From Verrucomicrobiota bacterium (lineage in GTDB: Bacteria; Verrucomicrobiota; Lentisphaeria; Lentisphaerales; Lentisphaeraceae), in NCBI GenBank assembly GCA_039798785.1, contig JBDKFG010000011.1, positions 1 to 64,000 on the forward strand: DNA of 64,000 nt, in the 5' to 3' direction. How positions within the stretch are numbered: position 1 is the stretch's first letter; each line of letters begins with the position of its first letter. A program made the position numbers and the translations under genes. Shown piece by piece: positions 1 through 9,634 of this stretch. Under the pieces are notes generated by a model. It searched no databases. It was not told the origin of the DNA and saw only the letters and a list, made by a program, of their open reading frames with translations.

Positions 1-1
1 C

Positions 2-3000
2 GCTAGCCGCACGCTGACCAACGTCACCGCCGACAGCACCTTGACGGCCTCCTTCGCCATCGACACCTTCAGCGTCAAGTTCCTCGCCGGCGCCAACGGC
101 TCGATCACTGGCAACGCCACCCAGACCGTCAACTACGGCAGCTCGAGCACCGCGGTCACCGCCACCCCCGCCACCGGCTACCACTTCGTCAAGTGGAGCG
201 ATGACTCGCTTTCGATCAGCCGCACCCTCACCGGCGTCACCGCCGACATCAGTCTCACCGCCAGCTTCGCCATCGACACCAGCGTCAGTACGCCCGTCAG
301 CAACGGCCAAGGCCAGGTCGTCGGCAGCTCCATCGTCATCGTCGACGCCGCCGGCCCCCGCGTCGTTGCCGAACCCGCCACCGGCTACCACTTCGAGCAG
401 TGGAGCGACGGCTCCACCCTCAACCCCCATCCCCTCGCCCCCGGCGCCACCAGCACCGATCTCCTCCCGGTCTTCGCCATCGACAACTTCGCCGTCAACT
501 TCGCAGCCGGAGCCAACGGCTCCATCACCGGTCAGGCCAGCCAGACGGTCGAATACGGAGCTTCCTCCAGCCCGGTCACCGCGACACCCGCCAGCGGCCA
601 CCACTTCGTCTCCTGGTCCGACGGCTCGCTCAGCGCCACCCGCACCCTGACCGGCGTCACCGCCGCCATCAGCCTCAGCGCCAGCTTCGCCGCCGACACC
701 AGCGTCACCAGCTCCATCACCGACGGCAACGGCAATGCCATCGGCAGCTCCACCGTCATCGTCGACGCCGCCGGCCCCCGCGTCGTCGCCGAGCCCGCCA
801 CCGGCTACCACTTCACCCAGTGGTCCGACGGCTCCACCCTCAATCCCCATCCGCTCTCCCCCGGCGCCACGACCAGCGATCTCGTTCCGAGCTTCGCTAT
901 CAACACCTACACCCTGCGCTTCAGCCAGTCCCGCCACGGCAGGCTCAATGGCAAGCTGGAGCAGATCTTGACCCACGGCTCCTCGAGCAGCCCGGTCAGC
1001 GCCATCCCCGCCGAAGGCTACCACTTCGCCGGCTGGAACGACGGCAACCTGGACAACCCCCGCGTCGTCGCCGCGGTCAGCGCCGGCGCCGAGTTCAGCC
1101 CAGTCTTCGCCCCCGATGCGATCAAGCTCTACAGCACCGGCATGAGCTTCACCGTCGACGCCGCAGACGTCCCCGCTCCCAACGGCGGCAAGCTCAGCCA
1201 GTTCACCAAGGCCCCCGGCCTCTTCTCCGCCTACTTCGGCATCCTCGACCCCAGCCGCAGCAAGGCTCTTCTCGCCACCCACAAGGCCGTCGCCTTTACA
1301 AAGAGCGGCGTCCGCGTCGCCAAGCTCGGGCTCCTCACGCCCGCCGATCAAGTCACCGGCGAGATCAGCGCCGCGCCGCTCTTCTACGACAAGAAGGCCC
1401 TCGCCGCCCATTACGCCAGCGGCGGCCGCGCCAAGACCTTCAGCCAGGTCCCCTGGATCGACATGGACCTGCGGGTCAAGACCGGTGAAAACGGCGCCAC
1501 CTTGAGCAACCGCATCGGCGAACTCCGCCTCGTCCGTCCCGAGCTCAGCGCCCTCAGCACCCTCGACCGCATGCCAGCCACCCAGCTCAAGGCCGGCCAG
1601 ATGCTCCGCCTCGACGGCAGGTACTTCGGCAAGAAGCTGCCCAAGCTCTACTTCGAATACAGCGTCCTGGGCAAGACCAAGATCCTCCCTTGCACCGTGC
1701 TCAAGCACACGCCCTTCCCCGACGCCTCCGGCAAGGCCGGCCTGAGCTGCACCGACCCGCTCAGCGGCACCAGCACCATCCTCGTCCAGATGCCCAAGGC
1801 CTGGCCGAAGGAATGGATCCATGGCGCCAACGATCTCGTTCTCGACAACGGCGCCGCCCTCGCCAGCCTCGAAGTCCGGACCGCCGCCGCCGACAGCTCC
1901 AACAGCGCTCCCGTCGCCCTCGCCGACAGCGCCCAGCCCCCCCTCGGACGAGCCACCCTGATCGACGTCCTCGCCAATGACCACGACGCCGACAATCACG
2001 CCCTGAAGATCGTCCTCGTCGCCAAGCCCTTGCACGGCAAGCTCAGCCTGAGCAACAACGCCATCCTCTACACCCCCGCCGCCGGCACTGCGGTCGGCAC
2101 CAAGGACAGCTTCACTTACTACCTGCAAGAGACCCTCAGCTCCGGCAAGCTCAAGTCCGAGACCGTCACGGTCGAAATCGAAGTAGTCGCCGCCAGCGCT
2201 CTGCCCGACGACGACGGTGCCGGCGAGCTTCCCCAGACTCCAGATCTCAATCTGCTGCTCGGCCCCGGCGAAAGCCTCAGCCTCCAGCTCCTCGAAGGCG
2301 TCACCGGCGCCGGCCCCTTCCGCCTCGAAGACCTCAGCTGTCCTGACGACGACTTCGATCTCGGCTCCTTCGACTTCGACGCCGCCGGAGGCTTCGAATT
2401 CGCCGCCGCCGGCCATTTCGGCAGCTGCGTCCTCGAGTACACGGTCAGCAACGAAAATGGAGAGACCACCGGCCAGATCCACATCGCCGTCGGCCAGCGC
2501 ATCTGCGCCGGCATGGCCCTTGCACTCGCAGCCGACGAGGTTCCCGCCGCGGTTCAGGACGAGTTGCAGCGCTTCAGCAAGGCGCCGAGCCTCTACTCCA
2601 GCGGCCTCAACCTCTTCACCGGCGCCGCGCCCAAGGCGATGATCTTCAAGCATGCCTTCATCCGCGGCTTCGACGACGCCGAGGCCCAGCTTGCCAAGCT
2701 CAGCGCCTTGGCTCCCGCCGGCAGCCTGCTCTTCGAATGCGGCGCCAAGCTGCCTCTCGTCGACCGCAAGGCCCTCGCCGCCCACTACGCCCAGGGCGGA
2801 TCGGCCGCCGAGTTCAGCGGCCGCACCTCCGAGGCCTTGATGCAGCTCTATCTCAAGAACGCCGAGGCCGGCAAGGCCCTCGATGAAATCCTGACGCAGC
2901 GTCCTTTGATCTTCTGCGCCCCGCAGATCGACAGTGCCTCTCTCGAAGGCGCGTCGCTCACCCTCGAAGGCCGTTATTTCGGCAAAACCCTGCCCAAGGT

Positions 3001-3232
3001 TTGGATCGAAACCCAGGTCGGCGGCCAGACCAGGATGCTCCCCTGCACCGTGCTCAAGACCCTCGACTTCCCCGATGCCGCCGGGAAGTCCGCCGCCAGC
3101 GTCACCGACCCCACCACCGGCGCCAGCCGTCTCCATCTCCTCCTGCCCAAGGGCCTCGCTCCCGGCAAGCACACCCTCGTCCTCGACAACGGCGCCGCCC
3201 TGGCGACGGTCGAGATCGAGGTCGGAAGCTGA
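2..3232 (+). CDS. Large surface/secreted protein (5'-truncated by window edge): InlB B-repeat-like modules, Ig/Big_9-like domain, duplicated ~250-aa unknown domain
   Basis: Frame open from base 2. Repeated 'VTATPATGYHFVKWSD' motifs; 'APVALADSA...IDVLANDHDAD...YTP' Ig-like segment; two copies of 'GRYFGKxLPK...PCTVLK...DAxGK...TDPxxG...LVLDNGAALA'. Confidence 0.85.
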   Translation, partial: ASRTLTNVTADSTLTASFAIDTFSVKFLAGANGSITGNATQTVNYGSSSTAVTATPATGYHFVKWSDDSLSISRTLTGVTADISLTASFAIDTSVSTPVSNGQGQVVGSSIVIVDAAGPRVVAEPATGYHFEQWSDGSTLNPHPLAPGATSTDLLPVFAIDNFAVNFAAGANGSITGQASQTVEYGASSSPVTATPASGHHFVSWSDGSLSATRTLTGVTAAISLSASFAADTSVTSSITDGNGNAIGSSTVIVDAAGPRVVAEPATGYHFTQWSDGSTLNPHPLSPGATTSDLVPSFAINTYTLRFSQSRHGRLNGKLEQILTHGSSSSPVSAIPAEGYHFAGWNDGNLDNPRVVAAVSAGAEFSPVFAPDAIKLYSTGMSFTVDAADVPAPNGGKLSQFTKAPGLFSAYFGILDPSRSKALLATHKAVAFTKSGVRVAKLGLLTPADQVTGEISAAPLFYDKKALAAHYASGGRAKTFSQVPWIDMDLRVKTGENGATLSNRIGELRLVRPELSALSTLDRMPATQLKAGQMLRLDGRYFGKKLPKLYFEYSVLGKTKILPCTVLKHTPFPDASGKAGLSCTDPLSGTSTILVQMPKAWPKEWIHGANDLVLDNGAALASLEVRTAAADSSNSAPVALADSAQPPLGRATLIDVLANDHDADNHALKIVLVAKPLHGKLSLSNNAILYTPAAGTAVGTKDSFTYYLQETLSSGKLKSETVTVEIEVVAASALPDDDGAGELPQTPDLNLLLGPGESLSLQLLEGVTGAGPFRLEDLSCPDDDFDLGSFDFDAAGGFEFAAAGHFGSCVLEYTVSNENGETTGQIHIAVGQRICAGMALALAADEVPAAVQDELQRFSKAPSLYSSGLNLFTGAAPKAMIFKHAFIRGFDDAEAQLAKLSALAPAGSLLFECGAKLPLVDRKALAAHYAQGGSAAEFSGRTSEALMQLYLKNAEAGKALDEILTQRPLIFCAPQIDSASLEGASLTLEGRYFGKTLPKVWIETQVGGQTRMLPCTVLKTLDFPDAAGKSAASVTDPTTGASRLHLLLPKGLAPGKHTLVLDNGAALATVEIEVGS
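53..892 (+). repeat. Two tandem 420-bp intragenic repeat units
   Basis: TTCGCCATCGACA at 53 and 473, TTCGCTATCAACA at 893; GTCGACGCCGCCGGCCCCCG at 341 and 761. Confidence 0.85.
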
Positions 3233-3319
3233 GGCGTGAGTTGAGATACGTTCTTCCACCGCGCAAATTCTCCAGCCGCTGCGAAGTTATGGGATTCCGC
3301 ATTTCCTGGAGATCGCGCC

Positions 3320-5629
3320 GTGATTGCCATCGCCCCCCTGCTGCTGTTGGGCTTTGCCCCCATCGAGAGCAAGACCAATCCTCTCGAGGATCTTGCGTCC
3401 AAGGGTGAGGCCGCCCTGGAGCGGCTCGACAAAGGCGACGGCTCGAAGGATCCGGCAATCCGAGCCGAAGCCTTGCGTCTTGCCGAGGGCTTGCGCCGCG
3501 GCATCCTCCCGGGCACGTCTCCCGAGACCGCCGCCCGGCTGGAGCATCTCGCCGCCCTGGAGGGATCAGCTCTCGAAATCGAACTCAAGAATTTCGCCGC
3601 CCAGGCTGGCGCCTGGAGGCATCTCCGCCTTCTTGCCTTCACTTCTCCGGATCCCGAGCTGCGCAAGGGTATCCGGGCCCTCGCACCTCTCAGCGTCCTG
3701 CAGCTGCGTGCCGGCGAGCGCCGGGCCGAGCTGCTGGCCGCTGCCGAGACCGCGGCGCTCAGCGATCCCAGCGGTGTCGCAGCGGCGGCCTGGGTCAGCC
3801 TGGTGAGAGGGGACCGCGAAGGTGGGCGATCTCTAGAGCAGCGACTGGCTCTGCTGCGCCCTGAATCCGAGCTCGCCGGCGCCTATCTCGTCTGTCTCGC
3901 CATGCTGCGTCTCGGCAGTGCCGAGGCCGAGCCGGCCCTGGCGGCGTTGGCGCGGAACGGATACGCCCCTGAACTCTGCCGCAGCCTCCGCCTCGCCCAG
4001 GCTCTTCGCCTCCGTCCTGATGGCGCGCAGGCCATCGAGATGCTGAAGCAAGGGACGGCCGAGGAACGCCTGCGTGCCGCGACTCTGATGCTCTGGCAGG
4101 ACAGTGCCCGCTCGGCACGAAAGACCAGTCTCGCCGTGGCGGAATCCGGCCAAGTCTTGCCCGCCGCAGCAGGGTTGCTGATGCTTGCCGGTGACGCCGA
4201 TGAGGCGGTGCAGCTCCATCCGGGTGGGCTCAGCTCAGCCCTCCTGCTCGAGACCGGGGAGTTCTCGCCGTCGGAGTCCGGCTTCAAGTCGGGATCCATT
4301 GAGGCGTGCCTCTTCGAGCTTGAAGTCCGCGGCTCGTCCCTGCCTCCCGAGAGCGAGGCCGGTCTCGTCGCCTGGAGGCAGCGCACGGCCCCGCTTCCGG
4401 GGCATTTCCACGCTCGCGATCGAGCCCTCGTTGCCGGCAGCGGCGCCGCGACGCTGGCAGCCGCAGACGCCTCTCCCGCGGCCGGCGAGCTGCTGGAGAT
4501 CCTTCTTGGCACCGGACTTGAGCCTCAGGCGGCTTGGCAGATCTGGTCCAGTTTCCTCCTCAGCAAGTCCCAGGACGACATGGCCTGCGCCTCCGCCCGC
4601 CTGATCGATCGCATCCCGACTTTGACCGGGCCGCAACGGCAGCGGGCGATCCAGCTGCAAGCCCAGATCGCTCTTGAAGGACGCCTGCCCCTGGCCTGCT
4701 TGTTGATTTTGGAGCGGCTCGAATGCGGCCCCAACGGCCTCGAGAAACTCCTCGGGCGGGCCCAAGCTCAGTTGCGCGTCGGCAATTTCATGCCGGCGGC
4801 GATTAATCTCATGGCCTTGCCGGAGGGGCGCCAAAACTGCCTCGCATTGGCTGTCGCTGCCGGTGCTTACGACCTGGCGGGCGCTCCCGCCGAAAGCCGC
4901 GAGGCTCTGAGAAACTGCCTGAAGCTAGCCTGGAGCTGCCCCCAGGAGCTCCGGATCCTCATCCGCGAGCTGCGCTTCCGTCGTCAAGGCCGGGCCCTGG
5001 CCCTGCTCGCCGCGCCGTTGGCGGAATCCCCTTGGTTGCCTGCAGGCACCGCCGGAGAGCTGCTCGATGCCCTTGCCGACACCGCCGTGACGGAGGATTA
5101 TCCGTCCTGCAGGGGGCTTCTGCCGTTGCTGCGACTCAGCGCCATCTCCGACCCTCTTCCCGGCCCGGAGCAAGGTTGGAAACGATTGCGTCTGCTCCAC
5201 CTGGCTCTCGCCGCCCAGCGGGCTCCGGAGGCGAAATGGACGGCTTCACTATTCTTCAAGGTCGCTCCTTACGATCTCGCCGCCGCCGCCCGGGCTTCGC
5301 ACGGAGAGCGCCGGGATCTGTTAGAGAGCCTGGATGAAGCACTCGAGGATTGGCCGGGTTCGACCTGGCTGCTGCAACGCCGCGCCCGATGTCTTCTCAT
5401 GCTCGGCCGCACCGACGAGGCGCTCGAGTCTGCAAGGAAGGCGTTTTCGCTGGTGTCCGGATTGCCGGAAGAAGATACATTGATCCTCTGCCTGGAGGCC
5501 AAGGGCTCCTTGGAGGAGGCGCGCCTCCGACTCGACAAGCGCCTTGCCTTCGCACCTCTCAGCCCTGAACTCGAAAGCGTCGCCAGCCGCCTCCTTCCCT
5601 TCAACAATCAACGCGTCAAGAATCCATGA
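3320..5629 (+). CDS. Hypothetical helical/TPR-like protein with N-terminal hydrophobic segment
   Basis: 769-aa Ala/Leu-rich ORF; TPR-like 'RARCLLMLGRTDEALESARKA'; stop overlaps next ATG. Confidence 0.65.
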   Translation: MIAIAPLLLLGFAPIESKTNPLEDLASKGEAALERLDKGDGSKDPAIRAEALRLAEGLRRGILPGTSPETAARLEHLAALEGSALEIELKNFAAQAGAWRHLRLLAFTSPDPELRKGIRALAPLSVLQLRAGERRAELLAAAETAALSDPSGVAAAAWVSLVRGDREGGRSLEQRLALLRPESELAGAYLVCLAMLRLGSAEAEPALAALARNGYAPELCRSLRLAQALRLRPDGAQAIEMLKQGTAEERLRAATLMLWQDSARSARKTSLAVAESGQVLPAAAGLLMLAGDADEAVQLHPGGLSSALLLETGEFSPSESGFKSGSIEACLFELEVRGSSLPPESEAGLVAWRQRTAPLPGHFHARDRALVAGSGAATLAAADASPAAGELLEILLGTGLEPQAAWQIWSSFLLSKSQDDMACASARLIDRIPTLTGPQRQRAIQLQAQIALEGRLPLACLLILERLECGPNGLEKLLGRAQAQLRVGNFMPAAINLMALPEGRQNCLALAVAAGAYDLAGAPAESREALRNCLKLAWSCPQELRILIRELRFRRQGRALALLAAPLAESPWLPAGTAGELLDALADTAVTEDYPSCRGLLPLLRLSAISDPLPGPEQGWKRLRLLHLALAAQRAPEAKWTASLFFKVAPYDLAAAARASHGERRDLLESLDEALEDWPGSTWLLQRRARCLLMLGRTDEALESARKAFSLVSGLPEEDTLILCLEAKGSLEEARLRLDKRLAFAPLSPELESVASRLLPFNNQRVKNP

Positions 5630-6456
5630 GCCAAAGCACTTACGAATTGATCGATTCCGGCAACTATGCCAAGCTCGAGAAGATCGGGCCTCATCTGATC
5701 GTCCGCCCTTGCCCCCAAGCCGTCTGGGAGCCGCGCGATCCAGCCGCATGGAAAAAGGCCAGCGATACCTATGTCCGTAACAACACCGGCTCCGGCAAGT
5801 GGCAGAAGGGCTGCCTGCCCGAGGAGTGGCACATCGATTACCACGGCCAGAAGATGCTCATCCGTCCTACCGCCTTCGGTCACCTCGGGCTCTTTCCCGA
5901 GCACGCCCGCAACTGGGACTGGGTCGCCGAACAATGCAGCCCCCCGGGCTGCCGTGCCATGAATCTCTTCGCTTACACCGGCGGGCTCTCCCTCGCCATG
6001 GCCCGCGCCGGCGCCCAGGTCGCCCACGTCGACGCCGCCAACGGCATCTGCGAATGGGCCCGGGATAACGCCGAGCTGAACAAGATCTCTAATATCCGCT
6101 GGATCGTCGACGACGTACTGAAATTCCTCCAGCGAGAAGCACGACGTAATTCGAAATACGACGCCATCGTCCTCGATCCGCCCACTTACGGACGCGGCCC
6201 GAAGGGGGAGATATGGAAAATCGAGGAGCAGATAAATCCGCTGCTCAAGGACATCAAGGCGGTTCTCTCCGACAAACCTCGCTTCGTTCTCTTCTCTTGC
6301 CATACTCCGCACTTCACGCCGAAGGCTCTCGAAAACCTTTGTCATTCCGTTTTCGGCGATAAGATCAAGGTGGATGCTTTCGAGATGACGGTTCCCGAAA
6401 AGAACTCCAAACGAGTCGTTCCTTCGGGTTTCTGCTGCCGCGTCACTTTCGGCTGA
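5626..6456 (+). CDS. Class I SAM-dependent methyltransferase (RlmI/RlmK-like)
   Basis: Motifs 'NLFAYTGG', 'VLDPPTYGRG', 'GHLGLFPE'. Confidence 0.85.
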   Translation: MSQSTYELIDSGNYAKLEKIGPHLIVRPCPQAVWEPRDPAAWKKASDTYVRNNTGSGKWQKGCLPEEWHIDYHGQKMLIRPTAFGHLGLFPEHARNWDWVAEQCSPPGCRAMNLFAYTGGLSLAMARAGAQVAHVDAANGICEWARDNAELNKISNIRWIVDDVLKFLQREARRNSKYDAIVLDPPTYGRGPKGEIWKIEEQINPLLKDIKAVLSDKPRFVLFSCHTPHFTPKALENLCHSVFGDKIKVDAFEMTVPEKNSKRVVPSGFCCRVTFG

Positions 6457-6502
6457 AACACCAGCCGGCTTGCCTAGAGCGCCGGAAATTCCGGAGCCGC
6501 CG

Positions 6503-9500
6503 ATGTCCCTCCTCGCCAAATTCAGTCCCCTCCCCGAGGCCGCCGCCGCCGCGCTGCTGGAGCTGAGCGGCGACGCCTCGTCGGCCCAGGCGGTCTTCGG
6601 CGACGACGCCGAAACCCGGCTCCAGGTCGACGGGCGCCGCCTCCGCGGCTCGTGCTCCTGCGGCCTCTGGCCCTGCGCCCACGCCAGCGCCCTGCTCGCC
6701 CTTTGCGACCGCCGCGAACTGCTGGCCAAGGCGCTGCCCAAAAACATCGCCGCCAAGCTCGAGGGGGAAGCGGGGAAAGCCCCGGCGGCGGAGCTTGTCC
6801 CGGATCGTGAATTCAAGATTCAAGATTCAAAATTCAAAGCTGCTGATCCAATACTGAAGATTCAAGATTCAAGATTTGCGGCAAGCCCGATGCGTCAGCC
6901 GCAAAACCCGCCGCCCGCCGCTTCCCCGCCGCCCGCCGACATCGACTTGCTGCTCGTCCTCGCCCGCCCGGGCGAAGCCGAGCTGTGGTGGCGCAGCCGC
7001 GGCGAATCCCCCAAGGCCGGCAAGGCCTTCCTCGAGCTGCCGCTGCCGGAACACCTCGCGGGACTGGAAAAGCTGAGCAGCGACGACCGCCATCTCTTCC
7101 GCATCGACGCCTCCGCCGCGCCGCTGCTCCACCGCTGCCTCGCCGCCGGACGCCTCTTCCAACGCGACCCGGCAGGCGTGGCGAAGCTGAAGAAGCTGCG
7201 TGGCTCGAGCTTCCAGCTCGAGGAAGGCACTCAAGCTGGAAGCTCGAGCCACGTTTTTACACCACGCGTCGAAAGCGACGCCGAGGGCGCCCTGCTGCTG
7301 CGACTGCCGCAAGAGCTCGAGGCCTTCGGACCGATGAAACGCCTCGCGCCCGGTCTACTGCTCGCGGCCGGCGGCGTCGTGCCGGTCGAGGAACAAGGCG
7401 CCGCCGCCCTGCTCGAGGAGCTGCTGCGTTCGCCCCTCCGCGTCGCCCCCTGGCGGGCGCGGGAATTCCTCAAGACCTTCGTCTACGGCAGCCGGCTCGA
7501 CACCTCGTCCTGGCCCGCCCCCTTCAAACTCGAAAAGGTCAGCGAAGGTCCGACGCCCTGCCTCTACTTCACTCCCGCCAAGTTCCGCTGGCGCGGCGCC
7601 GAGCAGCTCCAGGCCGAATTGAAATGGCTTTACGGCGACGAGCTGCTGCCCGACGACGGCGACGAGGCGGAGCGTCCCCATTTTGAGGCCGGCAAGATCC
7701 GTTTGCGCCAGCCGCAATTCGAGAAGGAGCGTCGCGAGCGCCTGCCCGGGCTCGGCCTGCGTCTCAGCGCCGGCAAGGGCGAGGAGCCGGGCTGGAAGCT
7801 GGCGCCGCCCGAGCTGCCGGCGGTGGTGCGGCTGCTCCTCGACGAAGGCTGGAAGGTCTTCGCCGAGGGCAAGGCCTTCCGCCAGCCGCGCGAGTTCCTC
7901 GCCTCCTTCAGCACCGAATCCCGCGACTGGCTCGACCTGCAGGCCGGCTTCGACTACGGCGGCCAGATCGTGCCGCTGCCGCAGGTGCTGCGCGCCTGGA
8001 AGGAAGGCAAGAGCTTCCTCGTCCTCGACGACGGCTCCACCGGCCTGCTCCCCGAGGACTGGCTGCGCGAACACACCGCCCTCACCGATCTCGGCGCCAT
8101 CAGCACCGAAGGGCTGCGCTTCTCCCGCGCCCAGCAGCTCCTCGTCGAACGCCTGCTCAAGTCGATGCCCAATCCGCCGAAGACGCCGCTGCGCCAGGCG
8201 ATGGAGGCGGTGCAGGCGATCCCCGCCGTCTCGCCGCCCGCCGGACTCCAGGCCGAGCTGCGTCCCTACCAGCTCGCCGGCCTGCGCTGGCTCCTCACCC
8301 TCGCCCGCCTCCGCCTCGGCGCCGTCCTCGCCGACGACATGGGCCTCGGCAAGACGCTGCAGAGCCTCGCCGCCATGCTCGCCCTGCGCGAAGCCGGCGA
8401 ACAGCGCCCCTTCCTCCTCGTCGCGCCGAAATCGCTGATCTTCAACTGGGCCGCCGAAGCGGCGAAATTCACCCCGCAGCTCAAGGTGATCGAGTTCACC
8501 GGCGCCGGACGGAGCCGCCTTTCCAGCGAGCTCAAGGGACCGGTGCTGATCCTCACCACCTACGGCACCCTGCGCAGCGAGATCGGCCGCTTCGCCGACA
8601 TCGATTTCGCCCTCGCCGCCGCCGACGAGGCGCAGGTCGCCCGCAACCGCGAATCGCAGACCGCCAAGTGCCTGCGCCTGCTCAAGGCCGACTTCCGCCT
8701 CGCCCTCACCGGCACGCCGGTGGAGAACTCCCTCGCCGACCTCTTCGCCCTGTGCGAATTCACCAACCCCGGCCTCCTCGGCTCCTGGCACGACTTCGCC
8801 GCCGCCTACCTCAGCCGCGACCCGGGCATCGCCGCCCTCGCCAGCCTGCGCGAATCGCTCGCGCCGCTGATCCTCCGCCGCCTCAAACGCGAGGTCGCCA
8901 CCGAGCTGCCGCCGAAGACCGAGCAGGTCCTCTGGTGCGAGGCCAGCGAGGACCAGCAGCGACTCACCCAGGAGATCGGCGACCACTACCGCTCGCTGCT
9001 CGCCGCCGAGGACAAGCCCGAGCGTCCCGAGATCCTCGCCGCCCTGACCCGCCTGCGCCAGGCCGCCTGCCACCCGGGACTGCTCTCCCCCGAGCTCAAA
9101 TCGGCCCCCTCGGGCAAGTTCGAAGTCCTCTTCCTCCGTCTCGAGGAACTTGCCGCCGAAGGCCACAAGGCCCTCGTCTTCTCGCAGTTCACCACCTTGC
9201 TCGATCTGGTGCAGACGCAGTGCGACGAACGCGGCTGGAAGACAGCCCGCCTCGACGGCCAGACCCGCGACCGCCAGGCTGCGGTCAAGGCCTTCCAGGA
9301 AGATCCCGAGTGCCCGCTCTTCCTCATCTCGCTGAAGGCCGGCGGCACCGGACTCAACCTCACCGCCGCGAGCTTCGTCTTCCTCCTCGACCCCTGGTGG
9401 AACCCCGCCGCCGAATCGCAGGCCGTCGACCGCGCCTGGCGCATCGGCCAGAAGCTGCACGTCACCGCCTACCGCCTCGCCACCCGCGGCACGGTGGAGG

Positions 9501-9613
9501 AGAAGATCCTCAGCCTGCAAGACAGCAAGCGCCGCACCGCCAACGCCGTCGCCGCCGATGCCGCCGCCGCCGAGCTGGACCCGAAGCTGCTGCTGCAACT
9601 GGCGCTGGGGTGA
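6503..9613 (+). CDS. SNF2/SWI2-family helicase with N-terminal SWIM zinc finger
   Basis: 'CSCGLWPCAH' SWIM; 'LADDMGLGKT', 'DEAQ', 'LTGTPVEN', 'SLKAGGTGLNLT', 'DPWWNPA', 'QAVDRAWRIGQ'. Confidence 0.93.
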   Translation: MSLLAKFSPLPEAAAAALLELSGDASSAQAVFGDDAETRLQVDGRRLRGSCSCGLWPCAHASALLALCDRRELLAKALPKNIAAKLEGEAGKAPAAELVPDREFKIQDSKFKAADPILKIQDSRFAASPMRQPQNPPPAASPPPADIDLLLVLARPGEAELWWRSRGESPKAGKAFLELPLPEHLAGLEKLSSDDRHLFRIDASAAPLLHRCLAAGRLFQRDPAGVAKLKKLRGSSFQLEEGTQAGSSSHVFTPRVESDAEGALLLRLPQELEAFGPMKRLAPGLLLAAGGVVPVEEQGAAALLEELLRSPLRVAPWRAREFLKTFVYGSRLDTSSWPAPFKLEKVSEGPTPCLYFTPAKFRWRGAEQLQAELKWLYGDELLPDDGDEAERPHFEAGKIRLRQPQFEKERRERLPGLGLRLSAGKGEEPGWKLAPPELPAVVRLLLDEGWKVFAEGKAFRQPREFLASFSTESRDWLDLQAGFDYGGQIVPLPQVLRAWKEGKSFLVLDDGSTGLLPEDWLREHTALTDLGAISTEGLRFSRAQQLLVERLLKSMPNPPKTPLRQAMEAVQAIPAVSPPAGLQAELRPYQLAGLRWLLTLARLRLGAVLADDMGLGKTLQSLAAMLALREAGEQRPFLLVAPKSLIFNWAAEAAKFTPQLKVIEFTGAGRSRLSSELKGPVLILTTYGTLRSEIGRFADIDFALAAADEAQVARNRESQTAKCLRLLKADFRLALTGTPVENSLADLFALCEFTNPGLLGSWHDFAAAYLSRDPGIAALASLRESLAPLILRRLKREVATELPPKTEQVLWCEASEDQQRLTQEIGDHYRSLLAAEDKPERPEILAALTRLRQAACHPGLLSPELKSAPSGKFEVLFLRLEELAAEGHKALVFSQFTTLLDLVQTQCDERGWKTARLDGQTRDRQAAVKAFQEDPECPLFLISLKAGGTGLNLTAASFVFLLDPWWNPAAESQAVDRAWRIGQKLHVTAYRLATRGTVEEKILSLQDSKRRTANAVAADAAAAELDPKLLLQLALG
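6811..6877 (+). repeat. ATTCAA(G/A) heptamer tandem arrays, in frame inside the SNF2 CDS
   Basis: Four units at 6811-6838 and two to three units at 6853-6877; translate as FKIQDSKFK...LKIQDSRF; AT-rich against a GC-rich gene. Confidence 0.85.
7199..7253. repeat. Inverted REP-like doublet (GTGG-type) in frame inside the SNF2 CDS
   Basis: CGTGGCTCGAGCTTCCAGCTCGAG (7199-7222) and CTCAAGCTGGAAGCTCGAGCCACG (7230-7253) are reverse complements at 23/24 positions; each arm is itself palindromic. Confidence 0.85.
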
Positions 9614-9634
9614 AGGATTGCAGGGCGCTGAATC

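Noticed and set aside
7355..9598. Long antisense ORFs (also 11360-12676, 25213-26532, 33211-34833, 58391-59695, 60956-62506)
   Set aside because: Shadow frames of high-GC genes with clear products on the opposite strand.
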